Source of the DNA: Gemmatimonadales bacterium
GTDB taxonomy: Bacteria > Gemmatimonadota > Gemmatimonadetes > Gemmatimonadales > GWC2-71-9
Reading direction: 5' to 3'
DNA: 64,000 nt
Assembly: GCA_035604455.1 (NCBI GenBank)
Contig: DATNIM010000021.1
Location: 1,730 to 65,729, forward strand
The notes beneath the pieces were generated by a model, which saw only the letters and a list, made by a program, of their open reading frames with translations, did not search any database and was not told the origin of the DNA. Shown piece by piece: positions 1-8,698 of the stretch. The position numbers and the translations under genes were made by a program. Position 1 is the stretch's first letter. Each line of letters begins with the position of its first letter.

Positions 1-901
1 CCTCTTCGAGGGTGCCCGGGTCCTCACCGACGGCCGCGGCAACCGTGGCCACCCCTACCGGCCCGCCTTCGAACTGTTCGATGATCGTTTTGAGAATGCG
101 GGCGTCCATGTCGTCCAACCCGAATTCGTCCACATCCAGGCGTTTCAGGGCGTCGGCCGCCACGGCGGTCGAGATGCGTCCGTCGGCCCGCACCTGCGCG
201 TAGTCCCGCACGCGTCGGAGGAGACGGTTCGCGACGCGGGGTGTGCCGCGACTACGCCGCGCGATTTCCGCGATACCGCCGGGGTCCGTCTCGACGCCGA
301 GGATCTGTGCGGACCGCGCCAGAATCTGCGCGAGGTCGTCGGGAGGATAGTAGTGGAGGCGCTCGACGAGGCCGAAGCGCGCGCGCATCGGCGGCGTGAG
401 CAGTCCGAACCGCGTGGTCGCCCCGATCAGCGTGAACCGTTCGAGGGCCATGGGGATGGTCTGGGCACGGGGGCCGTCGGCGACGCGGACGTCCACGTGG
501 TAATCCTCCATCGCCGGGTAGAGGAACTCCTCCAGGGCGGGCCGGAGCCGATGGACTTCGTCGATGAACAGGATCGCGCCGCCCTCGAGCGCGGTCAGCA
601 GCCCTACCAAGTCTCCTGGACGCTCGAGGACGGGCCCCGAGGTGGTTCGGATGCCGACGCCGAGCTCGCGCGCCATGAGGAGCGCGAGCGTGGTCTTGCC
701 GAGCCCCGGCGGGCCCACGAACAGCGTGTGGTCGAGCGGCTCGCCGCGCTGCTTCGCCGCGTCGATCGCGATCTGCAGCGAGTCCTTCACTTTGGCCTGC
801 CCGACGAACTCGCTCAGGCGGGACGGGCGCAAGGCGCTTTCGGCCGAGCGCTCCTCGGCGAGCGCCGCGGGGGTTGTGACCTGGGGTCTCGTGCGCGTCA
901 C
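1..901 (-). CDS. ruvB: Holliday junction branch-migration ATPase RuvB (C-terminal end runs off the window)
   Basis: Own translation of the minus strand from GTG at 901: [102 protein letters not shown]...LFIDEVHRL. Walker A is GPPGLGKT. It is absent from the ORF track because it leaves the window. The start codon is uncertain. Confidence 0.9.
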   Translation of the reverse strand, partial: MTRTRPQVTTPAALAEERSAESALRPSRLSEFVGQAKVKDSLQIAIDAAKQRGEPLDHTLFVGPPGLGKTTLALLMARELGVGIRTTSGPVLERPGDLVGLLTALEGGAILFIDEVHRLRPALEEFLYPAMEDYHVDVRVADGPRAQTIPMALERFTLIGATTRFGLLTPPMRARFGLVERLHYYPPDDLAQILARSAQILGVETDPGGIAEIARRSRGTPRVANRLLRRVRDYAQVRADGRISTAVAADALKRLDVDEFGLDDMDARILKTIIEQFEGGPVGVATVAAAVGEDPGTLEE

Positions 902-906
902 TGTCT

Positions 907-1071
907 CTAGACCGGGCGCGCGCGCCAGCGCACCGGGCGCGCGTCGGCCTCGAGCTCGTGGCGGGCGTGGCATGTGACGCACGCGTCCTCGCTCTCCCGC
1001 GCGTCGTCGGCCACCAGCCGGCGGTTCGTGGACCCACACCTGGTGCAGACCCATTCAGCGGTGCGGGGCAT
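907..1071 (-). CDS. Small zinc-ribbon protein, 54 aa, CxxC...CxxC, not in the ORF track
   Basis: Own translation: [57 protein letters not shown] at 1071 lies 2 nt after the ruvA stop. TAG at 909-907 lies 5 nt before the ruvB GTG. Nearly all third codon positions are G/C, while the overlapping RuvB-frame extension has many A/T third positions. Confidence 0.5.
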   Translation of the reverse strand: MPRTAEWVCTRCGSTNRRLVADDARESEDACVTCHARHELEADARPVRWRARPV

Positions 1072-1073
1072 GG

Positions 1074-1661
1074 TCAACCGGTGGCCAGGTAGCGGAGTGC
1101 GTGCCGCACGAGCGTGTCCGTGGAGGCGCCCGCGCCGTCGGTCGCGAGCGCCTTCCGCAGGGCCCCGTCCGCCTCAGCCGGCCCGTAACCGAGCGTCTCG
1201 AGGGCCCGGAGGGCCGTCTCGGCAGTGCCGTTCGTCGGCGCGGTGGCGTCGGCAAACTCGCCGAGTTTGTCGGCGAGTTCGAGCACCAACCGTTCCGCCG
1301 TCTTCTTGCCGATCCCGTTGACCGAGGACAACAGGCCGATGTTCCGCTCAGTTACAGCCCGGGCGCCCCGCGCGACGCCGAGCGTCGACAGAAGCGTGAG
1401 CGCGAGCCGCGGACCTACCCCGGATACACTCGTGAGCCGCTGGAAAAGCCGGCGCTCGGCGCCCTCGAGGAAGCCGTATAAGGCCCACCCGTCGTCTCGT
1501 ACGACGAGCTCGGTCTGAAGCGTGACGAGTTCTCCCACGGCTGGCAGCCGCTCCATGACCCCGAGCGGCACCACGACCTCGTACCCGACGCCGCCTGGCG
1601 TCTGCACGACGACCCGTTCGGCGTGCTTCGCCCCCACGCGCCCGGTGACGGTCGCGATCAC
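1074..1661 (-). CDS. ruvA: Holliday junction DNA helicase subunit RuvA
   Basis: C-terminal 195 aa of ORF 1074..2039: VIATVTGRVGAKHAERVVVQTPGGVGYEVVVPL...LLSSVNGIGKKTAERLVLEL (HhH motifs). GTG at 1661 (plus-strand cac at 1659-1661). 4-nt overlap with the ruvC stop. Confidence 0.9.
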   Translation of the reverse strand: MIATVTGRVGAKHAERVVVQTPGGVGYEVVVPLGVMERLPAVGELVTLQTELVVRDDGWALYGFLEGAERRLFQRLTSVSGVGPRLALTLLSTLGVARGARAVTERNIGLLSSVNGIGKKTAERLVLELADKLGEFADATAPTNGTAETALRALETLGYGPAEADGALRKALATDGAGASTDTLVRHALRYLATG

Positions 1662-2140
1662 GCGCGCAGGACGTGGGTGAGCGCCACGGCCACGCCATCG
1701 GCCGCGTCGGCCGGCTGCGGGGCCTGCGCGAGGCGAAGCAGGCGGGCGACCATGAGAGCCACTTGGCTCTTGGGCGCCGCCCCTCGGCCCCCGACCGTCC
1801 GCTTGACCGTCGCGGGCGCGTACTCGACGATCTCGAGGCCTGCTTGCTGGGCGGCGAGGAGCACCACGCCCCGCGCGTGTCCCAGGACGAGCGTCGTGCG
1901 GACGTTCTTCTGGTAGAACGCATCCTCGAGCGCCAACGTCGTCGGATGATGACGCTCGATCAGCGTCGTGATGCCGTCGTGCAATTGTTCGAGTCGGCGC
2001 GGCAAGGGCGCCCGGCGGGTGAGGCTGATGATGCCGCATTCGACGAGCCGGGCGGGCGGGGACAGGAGGCGCCCGTCCTCCACGTCGACCACACCGTATC
2101 CCGTTACAGCAGTCCCCGGGTCGACCCCCAGGACCCTCAC
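1658..2140 (-). CDS. ruvC: Crossover junction endodeoxyribonuclease RuvC
   Basis: ORF 1658..2182 contains VRVLGVDPGTAVTGYGVVD...ALEDAFYQKNVRTTLVLGHARGV...ADAADGVAVALTH. GTG at 2140 sits directly after the yebC stop (2142-2144). The longer ATG-2182 start would overlap yebC. Confidence 0.9.
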   Translation of the reverse strand: MRVLGVDPGTAVTGYGVVDVEDGRLLSPPARLVECGIISLTRRAPLPRRLEQLHDGITTLIERHHPTTLALEDAFYQKNVRTTLVLGHARGVVLLAAQQAGLEIVEYAPATVKRTVGGRGAAPKSQVALMVARLLRLAQAPQPADAADGVAVALTHVLRA

Positions 2141-2141
2141 G

Positions 2142-2891
2142 TCACTCGGTGACTGCCGCCATCGCCTCGGCGTCGATGTCAAAGTTGGAGTGCACCTTCG
2201 CCACGTCGTCCATCTCGTCCAAGGCCTCGATCAGCCGAAGCAGGTTCGCGGCGTCCTTGCCTTCGACCTTGACCGTGTTCTTGGGGAGCATGGCGATCTC
2301 GGCACTCTGCACCGCAATGTGACGGGCCGTGAGCCCATCCTGGACCGCCCGCAGCTGGATCATGGGCGCCGTGATCAGGTACGTGTCGCCGTCGCGGACC
2401 ACGTCCTCGGCACCCGCATCGAGCGCGGCTTCGAGCGTGGCGTCTTCATCGGTACGGGCCGCGGCCACCACGATCTGGGCTTTGCGGTCGAACATCCACG
2501 CGACTGAGTTGGCCGCGCCCAGGTTGCCGCCGTAGCGGGTGAACAGGTGGCGGATTTCGGCGACGGTGCGGTTCGCATTGTCAGTCGTGGCTTCGACGAG
2601 AAGCGCCGCTCCGCCCGGCCCATATCCTTCATAAAGCACTTCCTCGTACTGCACGCCCTCGAGCCCGCCCGCGCCCTTCTTTACGGCGCGCTCGATGTTG
2701 TCGGCTGGCATGTTCTCGGCCCGGGCCGCCTCGATGGCGGTCCGGAGACGGGCGTTCCCGGCAGGATCGCCGCCCCCCTGCCGCGCGGCGATCGTGATCT
2801 CGCGGATCAGCTTCGTGAAGGCGGCCCCCCGACGCGCATCGGTGACGGCTTTCTTCCGCTTGATCTGCTTCCACTTACTGTGACCAGCCAT
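2142..2891 (-). CDS. yebC: YebC/PmpR family DNA-binding transcriptional regulator
   Basis: MAGHSKWKQIKRKKAVTDARRGAAFTKLIREITIAARQGGGDPAGNARLRTAIEAARAENMP... is the canonical YebC N-terminus. Full length, 249 aa. Confidence 0.93.
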   Translation of the reverse strand: MAGHSKWKQIKRKKAVTDARRGAAFTKLIREITIAARQGGGDPAGNARLRTAIEAARAENMPADNIERAVKKGAGGLEGVQYEEVLYEGYGPGGAALLVEATTDNANRTVAEIRHLFTRYGGNLGAANSVAWMFDRKAQIVVAAARTDEDATLEAALDAGAEDVVRDGDTYLITAPMIQLRAVQDGLTARHIAVQSAEIAMLPKNTVKVEGKDAANLLRLIEALDEMDDVAKVHSNFDIDAEAMAAVTE

Positions 2892-2939
2892 GCCTCGAAG
2901 TTACCTCCGGCCAAGCGCCCGACGCCACCGGCGCGTCGC

Positions 2940-3809
2940 TCAGCGATCCGGATCGAGCATGTCCTCGAAGCGCATCCAGCGACGATAGAAATACAGGTCG
3001 ATGAAGCCGGTGGGTCCGTTGCGGTTCTTGACCGCCGCGAGTTCGGTGGCGCCCTCGACACCACCGCCCGGGCGGTACATCTCCTCGCGGAAGATGGTGA
3101 GGACGACGTCGGCGTGTTGCTTGATCGCTCCGAGGCCGCCAAAGTCGTCGAGCGTGGGTCGCGGGTTCGTCCGCGTCGCGTCGAACCGCGGCAGTTGTGC
3201 CACGACCAGCAAGGCGACGTCGTGCTCGAGCGCGAGCGCCTTGAGGTGGCGGATCGCGAGGGCCGCTTCCTCGTCCTGGGAGGCCGGCCGCGTGCCGGCC
3301 GGCGGCGGCACGACCTGGAGGTAGTCGACGACGACCAGCGTCTGGCCCCGCGCGGCGTCGAGCTCCGCCGCCATGTCCAGGTCTGGGGCGCCCAACGCCC
3401 GAACGCTCAATCGCAGGTTGCGCAGCCGGACGGCGGCGGCTCCGACGCTGGCGCGCGCCTGATCGGATAGGCGCGCGCCCCGCAGCTCGTCAACCGCCAC
3501 GCGCCCCTCGATGGCGAGCGCTCGCTCCATCAGGCGCCGCTCGTCCATCTCCCCCGACCAAAACCCGACGGTCTGGTTCTGCTGCGCCACCCGCAGAGCG
3601 ATGCCCAAGGCCAACGCCGACTTCCCCGCGCCGATGTCGCCGCCCAGCACGACGAGATCGCGGCGGCGGATGCCGCCTCCGAGAATGCGGTCAACTGAGG
3701 GGAACCCCGTGGCCACGGTGTCCCTGGGGAGCTCCCCGGGGCGCTGCTGATCGACGCGCTCGACGATGGATTCGAGCGAAGCGAGTGGGATCAACCGGCG
3801 GGTCGTCAT
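2940..3809 (-). CDS. DnaB-helicase C-terminal (RecA-like) domain protein lacking the DnaB N-terminal domain
   Basis: TGFPSVDRILGGGIRRRDLVVLGGDIGAGKSALALGIA (Walker A), LVVVDYLQVV (Walker B), RHLKALALEHDVALLVVAQL, AVKNRNGPTG. ATG 3809 is preferred over TTG 3854, because the codons between them are AT-rich at third positions and include a TATAGA -10-like element. Confidence 0.75.
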   Translation of the reverse strand: MTTRRLIPLASLESIVERVDQQRPGELPRDTVATGFPSVDRILGGGIRRRDLVVLGGDIGAGKSALALGIALRVAQQNQTVGFWSGEMDERRLMERALAIEGRVAVDELRGARLSDQARASVGAAAVRLRNLRLSVRALGAPDLDMAAELDAARGQTLVVVDYLQVVPPPAGTRPASQDEEAALAIRHLKALALEHDVALLVVAQLPRFDATRTNPRPTLDDFGGLGAIKQHADVVLTIFREEMYRPGGGVEGATELAAVKNRNGPTGFIDLYFYRRWMRFEDMLDPDR

Positions 3810-3822
3810 GGGCAGACCGACT

Positions 3823-4200
3823 CTATAGATGTATGCGCGCGGCCCGCGCGGCAACGCCCACGGCCTCGCCCACCTGGAGCCCGAGCACCTCCCGCGCGGG
3901 GGCGACGAGCTGGGCGAGCGCCAGCGCGCCCGCTCCGGGCGTCGCGGGTTCGAGGTGCTGGCGCGCCGCTACGAGGGCTCGTTGCAAAGGCCCCGGTACG
4001 ACCAGGGTGGCCAACCGGGCCTCGAGGGCTTGGAGGCGGCGTCGGTGCGCGCGCGGTGAGGGGGGGAGGGGGGTCATCAGCCCCTCCGCTGCCCGCACGA
4101 CGAGCCACAGCGCGAACAGGCCCTCGCGCTCGGGGCCGCGCGCGGCGGCGGCGAGCAGGGCCACGAGCCGCTCCTCGCACGGCGTCGTGCTCCGGATCAT
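3823..4200 (-). CDS. Hypothetical protein (125 aa)
   Basis: ORF with mostly G/C third positions. ATGA overlap with the upstream GT9 fragment. No recognisable motif. Confidence 0.35.
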   Translation of the reverse strand: MIRSTTPCEERLVALLAAAARGPEREGLFALWLVVRAAEGLMTPLPPSPRAHRRRLQALEARLATLVVPGPLQRALVAARQHLEPATPGAGALALAQLVAPAREVLGLQVGEAVGVAARAARIHL

Positions 4201-4382
4201 GCCGCGAGCCGGGCGACCGCGCCGCTTCCGCTGGGGTGATCGGCCACGAGAGGCGCGAGGGCGCGCTCGGTCACGAAGACGACACGCGCCTCGGGATGAC
4301 GTCGCGCGAGGGCCCGGACGAGCGGGGTGGTGAGGAGGATGTCGCCGACGGCGCTGAAGCGGACGACCAAAATGCTCAGCAC
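4197..4382 (-). pseudogene. Remnant of a family-9 glycosyltransferase (heptosyltransferase-like); N-terminal ~50 aa only
   Basis: MLSILVVRFSAVGDILLTTPLVRALARRHPEARVVFVTERALAPLVADHP matches the characteristic GT9 N-terminus. The frame then stops after 61 aa, and no frame downstream continues a GT9-like sequence. Confidence 0.5.
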
Positions 4383-4441
4383 GCGGCCAATGTTAGCCCT
4401 GCGTTGCCCGCCCTCGCCAGTCTGGTTTAGGTTTCGCTACG

Positions 4442-6037
4442 ATGCCCCGCCCGAAGAGCATCTTGTGGGTTGACGACGAGGTCGAGGGCCTGGCGGCACA
4501 CCGTCGTTTCCTCGAGACGCAAGGGTTCACCGTAGAGCAGGCTGCCCACGGGGACGACGCGCTTGCCCTGCTGAGACGGCGGCCCTATAGCGTCGTCCTG
4601 TTGGATGAGCAGATGCCGGGCCGGCGCGGCCTCGCGTTGCTGAGCGAAATCCGCGCGATCGATCCCACCATGCCCGTCGTCATGGTCACGCAGAGCGAGG
4701 ACGAAGGCACCCTCCGCGAGGCCATCGGTTTCGAGGTCGCGGACTATCTCGTCAAGCCGGTGCACCCGCGCCAGGTCCTGTCGGTCGTCACGCGCTTGCT
4801 CGATGGCGATCGCATCCGTCAGCAGCGGCTGGCGCGGGACTTTGTCACCCGGTTCCGCGAGCTCGAGGCGCGGCGGGCCGTGGCGCTCGGGTGGCGGGAA
4901 TGGGTGGAGCTCGTGGCGGAGCTCGCGCGCTGGGACGTGCGGCTCGCCGCGGCGCAAGAGCCCGGGCTCTCGGAGGCCCTCCGCGCGCTGCAGCGCAGCC
5001 TGCGCCAAGACTTCGCGCGGTACGTGGGCCGGCAGTATCCGCGCTGGCTCGCGCATCCGGAGGCGGATCGGCCGCCGCTCTCGGTCGACGTGGGGGCCGA
5101 GTTTCTCGTGCCGGTCCTCGAGGGTGCCGGGCGCGTGCTCCTCGTCGTGATCGACTGTCTGCGGCTCGACCAGTGGGAGATGCTGCGCGAGGTCGTGACG
5201 CCGCTGTTCGAAGTGGAAGAGTCCCACTATTTCAGCATCCTGCCCACGGCCACGCCGTTCTCGCGCAACGCGATCTTCTCCGGTCTCTTCCCGATGGAGA
5301 TCGCGGCGCGCCATCCGGCATGGTGGGGCCAGGCGTCGGACGAGGAGAGCCTCAACGCCCACGAGGACGAGATGTTGGCCGAACAACTCGCGGAAGTGGT
5401 GGGTCGGCCGGTGCCCGTGCGGTACGAGAAGCTATTCAGCGCGAACGACAGCGGCGACCTCTTGCGGCGCCTGCCGGCGCACCTCTCCCAGGACGGCGTT
5501 ACGGCGCTGGTGTTCAATTTCATCGACCAGCTCACCCACGGACGCTCCGAGAGCGCGATCCTCTTCGAGGTCGCGCGCGACGAAGCAGCTCTGCGGAACC
5601 TGACGCGGACGTGGTTTGAGCGCTCGCCCGTGCTCGCCGCCCTCCAGGAGGCCGAGCGTCGCGGGGTGTCGGTGCTGCTGACGACCGATCACGGCTCGAT
5701 CCACTGCGAAACGCCGGCCACCGTGTTCGCGAAGCGCGACGCGACCGCCAACCTCCGCTACAAGTTCGGCGAGGACCTGCGGACCGAGGACCCGGAAGCG
5801 GCCTTGGCCGTCTCGGATCTGAAGAGTTACGGCATCCCGGCCCAGGGCCTCGGCGTGCGCTTGCTCCTCGCGACCAGCGATCGGTTCTTCGTGTACCCCA
5901 CCAAACTGCGGGAATACCAGGCCCGCTACCGCGGGTCCTTCCTCCATGGGGGCGTGACGCCCGAAGAGATGATCCTCCCGGTGGCGTTGCTCACGCCGCG
6001 GGGACGCGGGGGCGGAGGCGCGGGAGGAGGTCGCTGA
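4442..6037 (+). CDS. Response regulator with receiver plus PglZ (alkaline-phosphatase superfamily) domains, PorX-like
   Basis: REC: ILWVDDEVEGL...VVLLDEQMPGRRGL...VVMVTQSEDEG...DYLVKPV. C-terminal PglZ-like: LLVVIDCLRLDQW...ILPTATPFSRNAIFSGL...FNFIDQLTHG...LLTTDHGSI...FLHGGVTPEEMILP. Confidence 0.85.
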   Translation: MPRPKSILWVDDEVEGLAAHRRFLETQGFTVEQAAHGDDALALLRRRPYSVVLLDEQMPGRRGLALLSEIRAIDPTMPVVMVTQSEDEGTLREAIGFEVADYLVKPVHPRQVLSVVTRLLDGDRIRQQRLARDFVTRFRELEARRAVALGWREWVELVAELARWDVRLAAAQEPGLSEALRALQRSLRQDFARYVGRQYPRWLAHPEADRPPLSVDVGAEFLVPVLEGAGRVLLVVIDCLRLDQWEMLREVVTPLFEVEESHYFSILPTATPFSRNAIFSGLFPMEIAARHPAWWGQASDEESLNAHEDEMLAEQLAEVVGRPVPVRYEKLFSANDSGDLLRRLPAHLSQDGVTALVFNFIDQLTHGRSESAILFEVARDEAALRNLTRTWFERSPVLAALQEAERRGVSVLLTTDHGSIHCETPATVFAKRDATANLRYKFGEDLRTEDPEAALAVSDLKSYGIPAQGLGVRLLLATSDRFFVYPTKLREYQARYRGSFLHGGVTPEEMILPVALLTPRGRGGGGAGGGR

Positions 6038-6038
6038 G

Positions 6039-7841
6039 ATGAGCCGCGGCGCGCGGCTGCTGCGGCTCGCTCGGCCCTACACGCTCCTGTTCGTGACGAA
6101 CATCCTGACCACGTTCGGGGCTTCGGTCCTCGACGGGGCCACGTTCGTTCTGTTGATCCCGTTTCTGCGCACGCTGTTCGGCGAGCAGGCCATCCCCACC
6201 GCCGGCGGTCCGAGTGTGGAGCGACTTCTCCACGCCGTCGCGGGTCCGTTCCTCGCGGTGGGCAGCCCGCAGGCGGCGCTCCGCAATGTCGTCATCGTCC
6301 TGGTCGGGGCGCTCGTTCTGAAGAACGTCCTCAGCTACGTGGCCTCGCTCACGAGCGTCGCGATCCAAGAGGGCGTCGTCCGCGATCTCCGCGTGCACCT
6401 CTTCGAGCATCTGCAGACCCTGCCCATCACGTTCTTTCAGCAAACCCGGGGCGGGCAGGTGCTCGCCCGGGTCATCAGCGACACGGATCAGACGAAGACC
6501 GCGGTCTCGGCCGCGCTCGCGTCGCTGCTGCAGAACGCGAGCCTCATGCTCGTCTACGTTGCGATTCTCCTCAGTCTGTCGTGGCGCCTGACGCTGATTG
6601 CGCTCGTGAGCGCGCCCCTCCTCGCGCTGCTCGTGCGGCCGGTCGTGGGCCGAGTCCGCCGCCGCTCGCGCGAGCTCGCCGAAGAACGCGGGGAGCTCAC
6701 CAGCCTGGTCAGTGAGATGGTTGCGTCGATCAAGCTCGTCCGCGCGTATGTGGCGGAAGGTTTTGAGTCGGAGCGCTTCCAGCGCCTCGTCGAGCGCAAC
6801 CGCATGGGCACGCTGCGCGCCCAACGCTTTGCCCTGGCTACGAGCCCCATGAGCGAGGTGTTTGCCGGGGTCGTCGTGGTCGTGATCTTCTCGGTCGGCA
6901 CGCAGCTCGCGCTCGGGGGCGCCTCGGCGGTCCGGCCTGAGGCCCTGATCGCCTTCGTCGCCGTGGCGCTCCGGCTCATGTCGCCCGTTAAGTCCGTGGC
7001 GAACTATCCGACGATCATGGCCGGAGCGCTCGCGGCGGCCGACCGCGTCTTCGACGTCCTCGATCTCCCCTCGGGCGAGGACGACGCCCCGAACGCCCGC
7101 CCGGCGGGCTTCGTCGAACGGATCGAGTACCGCGACGTCTCTTTTGCGTACGACGGACAAGACGCCGTCCTCGCCGGGATCGATCTCGAGGTTCGCCGCG
7201 GACAGGTCGTCGCCATCGTCGGGCCGTCGGGAGCGGGCAAGACGACCTTGGTCGACCTGTTGCCTCGGTTCTACGAGCCCACCGGGGGCCTGATCCTGAT
7301 GGACAGCGTGCCAATCACCGCGTTCGGACGCAAGAGCCTGCGGCGCTTGATGGGCATCGTCGCCCAGGAGACGATCCTGCTCAACGACACGGTGCTCGCC
7401 AACATCGCGTACGGCCGCCGTGACTTCTCCATGGCCGCCGTGGAGGCGGCGGCGCGGGCTGCCAACGCGCACGAGTTCGTCACGGCCCTGCCGCGCGGCT
7501 ACGAGACCTTGCTCGGAGAGCGGGGGACGCGCCTGTCCGGGGGTGAGCGCCAGCGCATCGCCATCGCGCGCGCCCTGCTGCGCGATCCGCCGATCCTGAT
7601 CCTCGACGAGGCGACGAGCGCGCTCGACACCGAAGCGGAGCGTCTGGTGCAGGAGGCGGTCGACCGCCTCATGGCCCACCGTACGGCCTTCGTCATTGCG
7701 CACCGCCTCGCCACGGTGCGACACGCCGATCTCATCGTCGTCCTGGCGAGCGGCCGGATCGTGGAGCGGGGCACGCACGACAGCCTGTTCGCTGCGGGAG
7801 GCCTCTACCGGCGCTTCTACGACCTCCAGTTCCAAGTCTAG
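6039..7841 (+). CDS. ABC transporter, fused permease/ATPase, MsbA-like lipid exporter
   Basis: Six-TM N-terminal half. GPSGAGKTT Walker A, LSGGERQRIAIARAL signature, ILILDEATSALD Walker B. The start lies 1 nt after the stop of the upstream gene. Confidence 0.9.
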   Translation: MSRGARLLRLARPYTLLFVTNILTTFGASVLDGATFVLLIPFLRTLFGEQAIPTAGGPSVERLLHAVAGPFLAVGSPQAALRNVVIVLVGALVLKNVLSYVASLTSVAIQEGVVRDLRVHLFEHLQTLPITFFQQTRGGQVLARVISDTDQTKTAVSAALASLLQNASLMLVYVAILLSLSWRLTLIALVSAPLLALLVRPVVGRVRRRSRELAEERGELTSLVSEMVASIKLVRAYVAEGFESERFQRLVERNRMGTLRAQRFALATSPMSEVFAGVVVVVIFSVGTQLALGGASAVRPEALIAFVAVALRLMSPVKSVANYPTIMAGALAAADRVFDVLDLPSGEDDAPNARPAGFVERIEYRDVSFAYDGQDAVLAGIDLEVRRGQVVAIVGPSGAGKTTLVDLLPRFYEPTGGLILMDSVPITAFGRKSLRRLMGIVAQETILLNDTVLANIAYGRRDFSMAAVEAAARAANAHEFVTALPRGYETLLGERGTRLSGGERQRIAIARALLRDPPILILDEATSALDTEAERLVQEAVDRLMAHRTAFVIAHRLATVRHADLIVVLASGRIVERGTHDSLFAAGGLYRRFYDLQFQV

Positions 7842-7843
7842 GC

Positions 7844-8698
7844 GTGCTCTCGGGCTTCACGATTGTCCGGAACGCGGTCCGGCTCGACTACCCGGTCGTG
7901 CCCGCGATCCGCTCGCTACTCGAAGTCTGCGACGAGGTCGTGGTGAACGTCGGCCAGTCCGACGACGGGACCCGCGAGTTGGTCGCGGGGATCGAGGACC
8001 CGCGCGTCCGCGTCCTCGACACCGTGTGGGACCCGTCGCGGTGGGGGCGGACCCTGGCCGTCGAGACCGACCGCGCGCTCGCGGCGTGCCACGGCCCGTG
8101 GACCCTCTACATCCAGGCCGATGAGGTGTTGCACGAAACGGGCGCGGCGCTCGTGGTCGACCGGCTGAACGCGTGGGGCGGTGAGACCCGCCTTGAGGGC
8201 TTGCTGGTCGACTACTTGCACTTCTACGGCGACGTGGACACGGTCGTCACGAACCGTCACTGGTACCGGCGCGAGGTGCGGGTCCTGCGGCTGGGCCGCG
8301 ACCTGCGTTCGTTCGGCGATGCGCAGGGGTTTCGCGTGGGCGACGCGAACCGCCGGGTGCGGGCCCGTGCCACCGGCGCGCAGATGTTTCACTACGGGTG
8401 GGCGCGACGCGCCAGCGCACTCGCGGGCAAGCGCGCCGCGTTCCGGGAGTTCTTCACCGAGCACGGCGGCGCCCCGACGAACGAGGTCCCGCACCTGGAT
8501 TGGACCCCCGGGCTCAAGCCGTTCCGCGGCCCTCACCCGCGCGCGGCCCGCGAGTGGGTCGCCGAGCGGCGCGGTCGAGGCCCCGGGATCGGCCCCCGCG
8601 AACTCCGCGCGCGGGACGTGCGCTACTACGTCTCGGATTGGATCGAACGGATGACCGGCGTTCGGGTCTTCGAATACCGCAACTACCTGTCGGGATGA
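7844..8698 (+). CDS. Glycosyltransferase, GT2-like
   Basis: GFTIVRNAVRLDYPVVPAIRSLLEVCDEVVVNVGQSDDGT...YIQADEVLHE has a GT2-like N-terminal fold pattern. GTG lies 2 nt after the MsbA-like stop. Confidence 0.65.
   Translation: MLSGFTIVRNAVRLDYPVVPAIRSLLEVCDEVVVNVGQSDDGTRELVAGIEDPRVRVLDTVWDPSRWGRTLAVETDRALAACHGPWTLYIQADEVLHETGAALVVDRLNAWGGETRLEGLLVDYLHFYGDVDTVVTNRHWYRREVRVLRLGRDLRSFGDAQGFRVGDANRRVRARATGAQMFHYGWARRASALAGKRAAFREFFTEHGGAPTNEVPHLDWTPGLKPFRGPHPRAAREWVAERRGRGPGIGPRELRARDVRYYVSDWIERMTGVRVFEYRNYLSG

Noticed and set aside
902-1054. An N-terminal extension of RuvB to ATG 1054 or ATG 973.
   Set aside because: In this frame the sequence is Arg/Pro-rich with many A/T third positions. The overlapping zinc-ribbon frame has near-uniform G/C third positions.
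4442-6037. The PglZ domain could mark a BREX/DISARM-type phage-defence locus.
   Set aside because: The PglZ domain is fused to a receiver domain (PorX architecture). The neighbours are MsbA and glycosyl/methyltransferases of class I small-molecule type. I saw no PglX-like DNA methyltransferase, BrxC ATPase, BrxL or helicase genes.
5991-7835. A long 614-aa antisense ORF opposite the MsbA-like gene. Similar giants occur at 12465..14387, 17593..19590, 19617..21287, 21308..22498, 42154..43359 and 45211..46338.
   Set aside because: These are typical high-GC shadow ORFs. They are Arg/Gly/Pro/Asp-rich low-complexity translations with no motifs, and each lies exactly opposite a gene with clear family signatures.
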